A stretch of DNA of 64,000 bases from the human T2T-CHM13v2.0 reference genome, Homo sapiens. The notes beneath the pieces were generated by a model, which saw nothing but the letters and a program-made list of their open reading frames with translations, searched no databases and was not told the DNA's origin. The stretch lies in NCBI RefSeq assembly GCF_009914755.1, contig NC_060932.1. One strand, written 5' to 3'. Each line of letters begins with the position of its first letter. The first letter of the stretch is position 1. This document shows positions 1 to 12,372 of the stretch, in pieces. Made by a program: the position numbers and the translations under genes.

Positions 1-299
1 TAAAAATTTTCCTCTGGGTGCCAGGAAAACTTTCCACATATAAAATATATGTGTATATTGGAATGTTTTTGGACTCCAGGACATGAACAACTTCATTGTA
101 AACTTAATTTTCACATGAGCACACATAGAAAATAGCGATAGCTCATGTTCACAACGATGACTTCAGTAGTTTTACAATAATTTCAATTTGTGTAATAGAT
201 TTTGATTGTGGTGACTGTTAACCCATTCTGAATATCAGAAAATTGACTCATAATAATGCGTGGATGGTTTACGTAGTAGTTCTGAGTATTAAATATCTG

Positions 300-1022
300 A
301 ATTCGCCTCCCCCATCCATTAAAATCTTCTTCTAATTGGAGAGGTTGGAAAGTTAAAAACTACATTTATTATGCTGCCTCACAACCATGGTTGTGGTTGC
401 AAGTCAATTTCTACTTATTACACTCAATAGGATATTTGGAAGGTAAATTTGAGGGGAGGTCCCCTTCCCTTATCTCTAGGCTAGAGGTTATCCAAGTGTG
501 GCCCTTGGACCATCTACAAACCATCACCTGGGAACATCTTAGAAGTACAAATTCTTGACCCCACTCCCAACCTACTAAATCAGAAATTGTCCAGCAATTG
601 CTGGGTGGGTCCAACAATCTGTGTCTTAACAAACAAATAACAAGATGGAGGACACTGGAGGTGTTCCTGCACAACATTCCATTCTCCATCTTCTGGGGTG
701 ATGAGAAGCAGTCGCAGCAGTCACATCTTCTTGATCTGACTTTCTAATAGAAAAGGTAGGTACTCGTTTTCCTCTTGTTTTGAGTGTAAGAAACAACTGT
801 ACCCCCCAACATTAGTATCTTTCATTCATCAGAGTCCTAGAAGCAGCCTCAAAGGAAAGAGATGCCCTAGTAAGTCACCAGAATTGTTCTGGAAGTCATT
901 TGAGAAGGACCAACCTAGAACTTGCTTCTTCAATAGTCCTGTAATCTCATGCCTATATTAAGTACTTTCCACTTAACATATCTAGAATGGGATCTGTTTC
1001 CTATACCTGACCATGATTGAGA
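300..1022 (+). mobile_element. Degenerate ERVL LTR (LTR33-like), interrupted by MER5A
   Basis: 5' part 'gggagaggttggaaagttaaaaactacattt' and 3' part 'ctagaatgggatctgtttcctatacctgaccatgattga' resemble recalled LTR33 consensus; boundaries approximate. Confidence 0.5.
484..635. mobile_element. MER5A hAT-Charlie MITE
   Basis: 'ttatccaagtgtggcccttggacc...atcacctgggaacatcttagaagtacaaattctt...cccaacctactaaatcagaaa...gggtccaacaatctgtgtcttaacaa' follows MER5A consensus. Confidence 0.75.
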
Positions 1023-1029
1023 CATTTGC

Positions 1030-1653
1030 TGTGACAATTTTAAAACATCGCCTCCAAATTCTTTGAAGCTTTCCCATTGTGTCCTGCCCTTGAATTTGGG
1101 CTCCATGATTGCTTGACTAATAAAATACAATAGAAGTGACACTGTGCTCAGGTTTTAAGAAATTGGCAGCTTCTGATTTTTGTCTCTTGGGAAACTAGCT
1201 CTTGTAACCTAGATTTCAGTCTGTGAGGAAGGGAAGACAGACAACAGCCAGTACTAACTCACCAATCATGTAAGTGAGCCATCTTGAAAGTACGTCCTCT
1301 AGCCTCAGTCACGCTGCCCCAGATGATGACACATCAAATAGAGATGAACCTTCCCTGCTTAGCTCTGCCCAAGTAGTAGACTCATAAGCATACATTTCCA
1401 AAAAAAAAAAAAATTGTTCAGTTAATAGCAAATGCCATCTTGCAGCTTAAGACATCTAATATTCCTTGATTTGCTTTTCTATTACCCTTAATGCCAGGAT
1501 TTTGTAATGAACATCACACTTGAATAAGCTGCAACTATTTGAATGTGAAAATCGGTCTCTCTTAGTTGGGCAAAGACATCATAAGACCTTGCTGTTGTGT
1601 TAAGCCAGTAGGTTTTGGCATGGTCTGTTATGGAGCAACAGATACCTGGAACA
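1030..1653 (+). mobile_element. MaLR solo LTR (MLT1G/H-like) with ~200 bp insert at ~1391-1588
   Basis: 'ctccaaattctttga', 'agaagtgacactgtg', 'gtaagtgagccatcttgaa' and the 3' end 'tgttaagccagtaggttttggcatggtctgttatggagcaacagatacctggaaca'. Confidence 0.7.
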
Positions 1654-2834
1654 TTTTCTAAACCTAAATATGTGTAGAATAAGAACGAAGATGTGAAATC
1701 TGGGCTAAAGCATTGTCTTAGTTTGGGCTCCCCTAAAGTGGACCAACATGTGAGCTGGTAGGGGTATGTAGTTAGGAACATGGTAGAAGGGGATTTTAAA
1801 GACAAGAGACCCTTCCATAAGCTTTTGCACCACATCGCAGAACCAGTTCTAATATTTTCCCGAAGCCTGGTTACTTAGTAATGCCATGTTTTCTGCCACA
1901 AAGGCAACTGTGTAATAGAGGGAGTGTTTGATTTTCTTTCCCCCACTTTTAGTTTATTTAAGTGTGAATGTCCATAACAAAACCCTGGAATTAGGGATAA
2001 TAGCAAGCAAAACAAGGAATATCAAGCTTCTTAAGCCAGAAAAATGGCTTTTGCTATAACCTGAACCACTTCACAGCACACGTCCTACAATGTCACATCT
2101 TCCCCTGGCAAGGATCTGGCTTCCTACTAGATTCTTCTTTATAGACCACCATCTTACACATTTTCAAGAAGGTATGTTCATCCTCTTTTACAGGTAAAGG
2201 AATAACAGTGCAGGGAGGTTTGTTGATTCTCATACATTGAATATTTAATGAGTGAATAAAAGTATTAGGTACCCTGCCCTGGTTTCTCTGCCTCCTAAGC
2301 AATAACCAATTAAACAGAACACAGTGAAGTAGAGACTTGGCCATTCTTACAGATTTTTTTCTATTTTTTCTTACAGTTTTTCTTAGTATACTCAAGCAAT
2401 TTAGACAATTCAAGATTATAATAATTAAAGTATAAAATATTACTTTAAAAAATAGTTCTCACATATTTGATCTTCATAAAAACTCTGTGAAATGGAAAGG
2501 GCAAGGATTGAGCTTCATTTTTTTTTTTTTGTAATTTAGAATAATAAGTCTCAGAATGTATAAGTGATTTGTCCAAATCAATCTTTGACCTGAATTATCT
2601 ATTTCGATTATGAACAGGGAGTAAATTTTCTGAGTAATTTCTAATTTTCCACCATGAAGGCATAACAAATAGGTCATTTTAATACCCTTTATTAACAATT
2701 CATTGTTCTATATTTTAATGACCTTTTCCTTTGAATTTTTTATTTAATTCTGTTATCTACATCTTTATTCACTAAAGTCAAGGATTAAGCATAATAATCA
2801 TTTTGAACTCCTCATTTTTTAAATTAAAAAATTA

Positions 2835-2995
2835 TAAAACCATAGAATTTAAGACTTGGAAAAGACCTTTGAAAAAACCCATCCCAGTGTTCCTTTTTAC
2901 AATTAAAGAAACTAAGGTTTGGAAGAGTGAAGTGACTTTTCATAGGTCATGGCTAATTTATGCAGACTGGGATCTAGGACTCATGTTTTCTGGCT
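2835..2995 (-). mobile_element. MIR/MIR3 fragment
   Basis: 'tttttacaattaaagaaactaaggtttggaagagtgaagtgacttttcataggtcatggcta' is a reverse-strand MIR core. Confidence 0.65.
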
Positions 2996-3344
2996 TTTTA
3001 TCTCACCCCCATGTGCACACTGTTTTCTTAACTATTGTCTGTCACAGTGTAGGGCCTCTAATGTTTATTGAATAAATAAACAGTATCAGCGCTGACTTTG
3101 TTTCCATGATAAGCCACTTGCAGGCAGGGATTATGCTTTATTAACTTTGTATTTTCTACAATGCCTAGGACAGATTTTAAGCTCAAATCAAATACCCTAA
3201 AAGATTGGTTGAATTTGGTTTGAAAACAAGAATGACAGCAGCATACATGTGGTGTACAGTAGTAAGCCATTTTCTCTCTTCCTTCCCTCGAGAAATTTGC
3301 ATTTTAATGGATGCTCTCCCCATAAGTACTTTCAGTTGTTACAA

Positions 3345-3555
3345 AATAGTAACAACTAAGGTTTGTATGTCTTCTTCGAAAGTGCTTTCCTGTACATGCT
3401 TTTATTTGATTCTGTCACAACCACATGTGTTCCCTTTATATGTGAAGGGAGTACATTTTAGAGAAGTTAATGGATTTGTTCAAAGCTATACAGGGAAGAC
3501 ATGTAAAGCCAGAAATTTGAACTTAGGCTTTATGCTCCAGAAGTCATGTTCTTTT
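3345..3555 (-). mobile_element. MIR fragment
   Basis: 'tagagaagttaatggatttgttcaaagctatacag...gccagaaatttgaacttagg...ctccagaag' is reverse-strand MIR. Confidence 0.6.
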
Positions 3556-5699
3556 TAGGTCCTGTCTGAACCAAGGGATCACCTAGAAGATCACCCATTA
3601 GGACAATGAACGAAGAAACAAGAAGTCATGTGCAAAAAATTGCTTATCAAACATATTCTATAACCTTAGATAACCTTCGATGTTCCTAATTTGTTCTCAA
3701 AAAAATCCCGTTTAAGACAATCCCGGGAGGAAGAAAAAGGGTATAGAATAAACAGACACTTTTGTTGTTCTTTTTCTGTGTAATATATACCGCTCTTTGT
3801 TCCTAAACACTCCAGTACAATATGGGAATCCTAAGTCTCCTTAAGCACCCAGACATCGCAAACTATGTCGTTATTGAATATAGATATTCAATTCAATTTT
3901 AAACGGGAGATAATATATTATGTAGGTATTAGATTCCAGCCAGATACTTTTTTTTTAACAAAATAAAAATATGGGAATACTAGTTCGCAGTTTATATGTT
4001 GCAGGAATATTCCTTTCATTTCTTCCAGAGAATAAATAGGTGTACATCCGTGTTCCATCTACTATGTCATTATCACTTTATTTGCAGTATATAATAAAAC
4101 CCAAGGAGACATCTCTTTTGTTCACAGTGTGACTCTCTGCAAAAGAGAGAAAGTATCTGTTGGCCAGTCAGATATTCCAGTGGAGAAGGGCTGTCATTAA
4201 AATCTTGCATACTATCAAGTGGGAAAGCAGACTTATATTGCAATTACTTTCCTATTAGCTGCTGCCCATTGCTCCTGACAGGTATAAATTAGATCTCGCT
4301 AGGTTGCCTACAGATTAATGAGTTCCAAAATTGGCATTCAATTGTTTGGGAGTGAAAGGGAGAGAAGGGAGGTAGATGCAAAATCTTTATACACCTGTGA
4401 TTAGAAGATATTTTCTTTCATTTCATATTTTTCTTCCTTCCTCAGTATCGCTTGGGTGATAACTGACACTACTATCTGAGGATTCCTTTCCACACAGCAG
4501 AAACTTGCAGCTGAGGCGAGGCCAGAATTAATAATTTGCGTGAGCAAACACACAGCTGCTGTTTGTGGAGAGAGATTCTATTAACGAACAGTGAATTCTC
4601 ATAATTAGCCAAGCGGTTTCTGCAGCTGCCCGCCTGACCCCCAGACTACACAAATTGTGGGTGGTGTTCGGCCTCGAAATCAATCTTACCTAATTACTAT
4701 AAGCATGTTCCTCCATTCCTAATGACTGCAAAAAATTAGACATTTCTTACTCATTCAAATGCTCTTCTTATTAGATTTTCCTTTGTACCTAAATTTATAT
4801 TTGTCTATTAGCATTTCTAAGAGTGTACAGGTGTAGTTACAAATCAGACACAGAGGAGTATAATTCATGTTCCTGCAAGCATGCACCCGCAAATGTCTGC
4901 TCTGCAAGCAGGAGCAAGATCTGTGCTCCCTGAAAGCATCATTTCCCAAATAGCATTAGAGAACACACTGTGGGTCAGCCGTTATTCAAAGCCCAGCTTC
5001 TCTTGTAGCCTTAGGTCCCTTTTCACTCATCTGCCATCCTTTTTCTCTTCCCCCATCTAACTCCCCAAAACTCCATTTAATTAAAAAAGAAGACATTGTG
5101 TATGCCACAGTAAGCCCTGACCTCATGGGAGCCAGGTTTCTGTTAGTCGTTCTGTCACCTTGAAATCAAACCAACTTGTTTGGCATTGATTTGCCTGTCG
5201 AGGGTGTGGCCAAGTATCCCAATCTCAATCTTGTCCACCCACATTGCACCAATTTGTAAGACATGCCTAACATTAGTTTGTACAGGCAACTCACTACATT
5301 TTCCCTGCAGAGGCAATTTTTTGAACAAAGTCTCCTTGCTGCCTGGAACATACTGCTGGCTTATAGTCCACAATAAGTAGGCACTGGGATTTGTGTTTGC
5401 TGCTACAATATGAGCATGTGCCCATATCCTAGATATACTTCAGCTATAGTCAGTACTTTTTTTATTGAACATTACAGGATATGAGTGCTTATGGTGAAGT
5501 AAGATTATTACATTCAAGCGGTGTGGTCTACAGTTTGGGGCATGAACTCAAGTTTACATTTCGAAAATGAGGCTTGGGTTTTTCCTCCATGAACATTATC
5601 ATTAAGGTCTGAGATGAAGTCAGAGTGAGCACCACTGAAACTATAGCATCCCTTTGATCAAGCATCAGCCCATTCAGTATTGACTTAGTTGTCTTTCTC

Positions 5700-5900
5700 A
5701 TCCATTCCTTTCCCTTCTCTCCTTCTTTCCTTCCTTGCTGTCTTCTTTTACTCAGTGCCTATTATCTGCCAAATGCTATGCTGGGTCCTAGGTAGATAGT
5801 AATGAACAGAATCAATGTGCTTTCTCACCTCAGGGTGCTTCCACTTGGGAGGGAGACACAGACAATAAATATGTAAATAAATACATATGTATATAATTTC
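5700..5900 (-). mobile_element. L2 3' fragment (continues ~7030-7260)
   Basis: 'tttactcagtgcctattatctgccaaatgctatgctgggtcctagg...atgaacagaa...gggagacacagacaataaa' is the reverse L2 3' end. Confidence 0.6.
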
Positions 5901-5907
5901 TAATTGC

Positions 5908-6175
5908 AAGGCAGCACAGTGTTGTCTAAAGAGTGTCATTTCTGGAATCAGATTTTGTGGGTTCAGATCCTAGCTCTGAAATTTATATGCTGTTTGTGGA
6001 CAAATTATTAAAACTTTTCATGCCTCAGTTTCTTCATTTTCATCACAGGGATAATAAAGGTGTGTATACTCATATGGTTATAATGAGAATTAAATAAACT
6101 GATCTCTCCTAAAAACCTGGAACATGGTCTGGCATGCAGTAAAAACAAAATACCTTTTAACTAGTATTATAATTG
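5908..6175 (+). mobile_element. MIR
   Basis: 'tctggaatcaga...gggttcagatcctagctctg...tgcctcagtttcttcat...gggataataa...atgagaattaaata' MIR core. Confidence 0.8.
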
Positions 6176-6204
6176 TCATGAAGCAAAAAGCAAAACTTCT
6201 GTAT

Positions 6205-7027
<823 letters not shown>

Positions 7028-8155
7028 ACTAGGGAAAGCTGTTTTAAACTGCATTGGAAGAGAAATCCTTTTCCTGGAGCCAACATTAAGCAGAGACTTG
7101 AAGGTCATCTCTTGAAGGTGGTCGAGCTGACCACACAGAGCGTGACACATTCTTCTCAGCAGTAGGAGCAGCCTATCAAAGGCCCTGGGGTAAGATCAAT
7201 TTGGTGTGTTCCAGAAACTGAACGAAGTCCAGTATGGTGAGGAACCCAACGCAGAGTAGATTAGAATAGTTGAAAGATTAAATGCTCCAAAGGGTAAGAA
7301 TCTGGAGTGCTTTTAAATATTCTTTTGAGAAGCCAAAGTCACAATTCCCCGGTTATTATAAACTCTATTAGAATTTCTTGGTCTAAAGATGAGAGAAAAC
7401 AGAATCCTGTAGCATGGTGCTCTGAGAAAAATAGATGTACTCTGATGAAGCAGGCAGTCAAGTTTGTTTCTTCATCAATCCCCAGGCCCATTTGCCTTAA
7501 CAGCAGCTCCATTTAAAAAAATAAAACTGTTTGTGTAATGAAGTCAAGAGTTGAAAACCTCATCAGAATTCAAAGGGAAAGAAGAAAAAGAATTTTGCAA
7601 TTCAGACTTAGTGAACTCTGGGGGGCAGAAAATAGAACACATCCACCCCCACTGCAAGTCTTACGTTAGTGCTGACATTTGAGTTTGACTCTTCAAAGTG
7701 ACCTTGACTTACCTAGGCAAAAAGGAATATAGGAAGGGCTACCTTACACATCTCAGGTAAGGAAAAAGAGTTTCATATTGCAATCAGAAGGACAAGAAAT
7801 GAAGGAGCACAGGCTTCCAATTGCTTAGGTCAGAAACAATCAGGCACTAACAACTGCTGATATATAATTGTTCTGCAAGGGAAAGACCATAGCATTATAA
7901 CTACTCAATGCATCTCTCCCAGCCTTGGTGGCTTGGGGGACCAGGTGAGGTTATTTCCTGTGGCTGTATGAGCAGAATAATGCAATATATTATAAAAGAG
8001 ACTGAAGCTATTCATCCAAAGTAATTAATTTAGCATTAAATATATAGGCAGTATTATGTAATGTTTTAAAGTATATGAACATTCCAAAATTGCCAATTCA
8101 TATTTGGTCAGACGCCAAGACTAGCTCTTTAAAGCATAATTTAATTAACTTTTCA

Positions 8156-8643
<488 letters not shown>

Positions 8644-8699
8644 TTCTATTGCTGGCTGCTATATCTGGAATTCAAAGCTAGTACCCACTGTTCCAGGAA

Positions 8700-8860
8700 T
8701 GATCTTAAAGTGCAATTTCTGCATTTCCATTGGGATCACTTGAAAAGCACTCAGTTAAAATGCAGATTTATAGTCCCACCATTCACTGTCTGAACCATAA
8801 CCTGAGGGGGGTGGAGCAGAAGGCTGGCCCAGGAATTCTCCATGATTTATAATTTTCCAA
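8700..8860. mobile_element. MER5-family MITE remnant
   Basis: 'gggatcacttgaaaagcactcagttaaaatgcagattt...ggcccaggaattc'. Confidence 0.5.
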
Positions 8861-9749
8861 ATTCAAATTTTAAACTCAAATTTTGTGTGAGTATTCCTAT
8901 AGTAACTGCTATTCTGGGTAAAAATCATTGAGCCATTCAGAAACAGTTATTGGGACTTTGCCACTTCAGCCGGTGTGTTCTGTGCCAATTATGCCCATGC
9001 CTCTAGCACCATGGACTCTCCGATGCCAGCCCCTAATACAATGCCTTGCACCAAGCAGTTCTCAGCAATTATTAGTTAAATTGAAATTGAATGCTCAAAT
9101 CTGTGATTATTTGATACCCAAATTAGAAACTCGATATTTCACTGCTTCATTCATTTTATAACTTAGAAAAGAGCTGTGTAAGCCACAATGCTTTCCCACA
9201 AACTATGTGATTTGTCAACTCATTCATCCAATCCTGAGCCTGTCTTTATTTTAATTAAAGCTGATGATAACCTCAACATGTGCTGAGAGCAGGAAATAAG
9301 TAATTGTCGTAAATGTGTTTGGCTGAACACATATAAATACATCTAAATATATAGTTAATAAATGTTATCCATATTTGGTGGTTGACTCCCTTTGGATAAC
9401 TGCTAGCTTGATGATTAGGAGCAGAAACATTTATGTGTTAATACTTTCCCCAATATATTAACTGCCTGTAATGAATTTTGGGAAGACAGTTCAGGGTTCC
9501 CATGTCTAAAATTGAGGCATATTGTGAACCCCTTAAGGTTTCTTCCACATAGTATTTCTTAACTATTAAGGGGAAAGAAAGAAAAACATACTGAAAGCGA
9601 CGAGCTCTCTTCTCAGGAAATGCACATGTGAAATTCAGGTGACTCACATGTAGATTCTCCCTGAAGTCCATCCAGGGGGCTCAGGTTAAGACGCTTGCAT
9701 TAAAATGTAACTATTCTTGGGTGCTTTTATTCATTAGCACATTATTGAT

Positions 9750-10930
9750 CCAGTCAATCAATATTTATTAATACCTCCTTAGTACTGGGAATGCTAAACT
9801 CTGAATAGACAATAAGACATGGCCTCACGTTCCAGAAGTTTACAGTTTAGTGGTAAGGAAAGGTTATAATGTCTCAGTGAATGGAAAAGAGCTGTGGCAC
9901 ATAAAAGGGTAGGAGTTTGTGGGTCATTATGAATCCAGGGAGGCTTCTAGAGAAGCTAATCCATGAGGGGTATTTTGATGGATAAATAGAAGTCTTCCAG
10001 AAGGGTGGGGGAAAAGTTAGGATGAGGCAAGAAGAAAATTCCAGAGAGAGAATGGCTTTAGAGGCACAGAGCATGGTTAAGGTTATAATGAGAAAGGCAG
10101 GGGTAGCGGGGTGAGGTGTGGTAGGAGGAAGAGACCGCATTGGAGAAATTGGTGGACAAATCATTAAGAGCCTATCCACCAGGCCAAAAATTCTGGACTC
10201 TTACCTGGAAGAGTTGAGAATGCATTGGGGAAGATTTTAAGCACTAAGCAACAAATTCAGTGTTGTATTTTAAAATCTTTGTGAATTCTAGATTGAAATG
10301 AGCAAGATGAGGATTAAGGCAATTGGTTTAAGGATATTACAAACAACCCCCAGAAATGAAGACTGGAATTAAATTAGTGGGAGTGAGGCTGGAGAGATGG
10401 TGATAGATTCTAGGTAGCCTAACAATGATGAATTCATCAATCTGGATTAGTAATTAGATGTGGACTCAGAGAGTGGTATTTTAGAAGGACTCAGGTTTAA
10501 GACTTGAGTTGGGGGCAACTTGGTGGATGGGTTGATAGTGTTCACTGAGATTGGAAATGAAGAAGGAGGAGCAGGTTGGAGATGGGATGGAGAGCAATAA
10601 TGGGTCTAAGATATTGGCAAGTAAGAGAAGATAGAAATAACAAGAGGGGCTAAGATAACATGCAACTTAAAAGATATGAGGACAGAAGAGGATCATAGGT
10701 GAAAACCTGGGTAATGGCTTCATTTATGGAGTGGCCTGGGGAGGAAGAACTCACAAAGAAGGAGATAAAGCCAGAGATATAAAAAGAACATCAGGTTTCA
10801 TGGAAGACAATGGAGAAGTTTCAAAAGGACGGGGTGGTTAATAGTACAAATGCTTCAGCATAATGTAAGATATGGGCAAATGGGAGTCCACCCATTTTCA
10901 AAGGAGAGAGGTCATTGATAATCTTGAATA
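9750..10930 (-). mobile_element. L2 fragment (~1.2 kb)
   Basis: Starts with reverse L2 tail 'tcaatcaatatttattaatacc', followed by purine-rich reverse L2 body ('aagacatggcctcacgttccagaagtttacagtttagtgg', 'ggagagatggtgatagattc'). Confidence 0.7.
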
Positions 10931-11152
10931 AAATGGAGAAAAGTATTCTGCCAGCTCTTCAGACACTGAGAATCAATGCAAGATGTACATCAGTGTCTGA
11001 CACATAGTAAGTGCCTTTATACCTGTGTATTTCTCTAAGATATTTTAGGTCTTTGACAGTTCTTGAAGCAATTTAGTTTAATTATTTCTGAAGATTCATT
11101 ATTTTATTTTGTAATATATCAAATTCATTTGATTTGATAAGCAGATGTTTTA

Positions 11153-11455
11153 TTTTGTTATTTATTTATTTATTTATTCATTTTGAGACAAAATCTTGCT
11201 CTTTTGCCCAGGCTGGAGTTCAGTGGTGGGAACACAGCTCACTGCAGCCTCAATCTCCCAGGCTCCAGTGATCCTCCCACCTCCGCCTCCCGAGTAGGTG
11301 TGCACCACCATGTGTGGCTACTTTTTAAATTTTTTGTAGAGATGAGGTCTCTGTATGTTGCTCAGGCCTGGTTTCAAACTTCTGAGCTCAAGCGATCCTC
11401 CCACCTTGGCCTCCCGAAGTGTTGGGATTGCAGGTATGAGCCATTACTCCTGGCC
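11153..11455 (-). mobile_element. AluJ
   Basis: Reverse Alu with J diagnostics (cacagctcactgcagcctc, gatcctcccacc); TSD agcagat(g/a)tttta at 11140-11152 and 11456-11468. Confidence 0.92.
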
Positions 11456-12117
11456 AGCAGATATTTTAGAACCTAGTGTTTGGGAAAAGATTACACACTT
11501 TTTAATACACTTAAAATTCTTACTGACAGGTAAGGTGACAGTTAAAAGTTTTCTCCTGTGTGATTATTAAATTCTTATGGGAGATATGTTTTTGAAATTC
11601 TATAACTATAGTATTTTAGTTAGGGAGTATAAGAAATTATGTGGCAAATGACTTGTGAAACACCAGTTTTTTTGGTTATTAAAGAATAAGTATTTAAGAT
11701 GTCTTTGGTAGAGATTAAATAAAGGATAACAGCATTTGCTTCATACATTTGATGTTTTGAACATCAAAAATTGGAGCTTCCATCTAACTCCAAATTGGCA
11801 TACAGAATGGTATCCAAGTTTGAGTTAGTTTCAAGGTTAGACAGATTTATGCCAGGGCACCAAGACCTAAGTGAACCACTACTTCAGATATAACAAAATA
11901 TCCGAAGAAACAAAAACTAGAAAGCTGAATTTTAAAGTCATATTTATTTGGTTTCCCATCTATTATTATAGCATGTGTATGTGGATATGGACATCATTAT
12001 TTACATATGGTAGCTGCAGCTGTTCTGGGAACTTTCCCTCTTTTCTCTCTTCTCCAGTACCTAACTTCTCACTCTCTGGAGCTGATATACCAAGGAAATA
12101 CGAAGTTCTCAGAGAGA

Positions 12118-12372
12118 AAACTCTTAAGCTGAGGTGTGTATTACAAATAACTGGGAGAGCTTTTATTAGGTTGGTGCAAAAGTAATTGCAATTTTTGCCA
12201 TAAAATAATGGCAAAATCACAATTATTTTTGCACCAACCTATTAAAAATACTGATACCTGTGCACCAATCCTAGAAATTCTGATACATTTTGTCTAGGGT
12301 AGGACTTGGGCACTGAATTTTTTTAAAAGCTTCCCAGATGGTTTTAATGTGCAATGGGATGAAGAGCCACTG
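12118..12372. mobile_element. MER5B-like MITE interrupted by MADE1
   Basis: 'ctgggagagctttta...aaaaatactgatacctg...aattctgat...aaaagcttcccagatggttttaatgtgca...gagccactg'. Confidence 0.75.
12166..12242. mobile_element. MADE1 (Hsmar1-derived palindromic MITE)
   Basis: ttaggttggtgcaaaagtaattg...caattatttttgcaccaacct: two mariner TIRs back to back at a TA site. Confidence 0.95.

Noticed and set aside
3873-3892. 9-bp inverted repeat attgaatat-ag-atattcaat
   Set aside because: Expected by chance in AT-rich 64 kb
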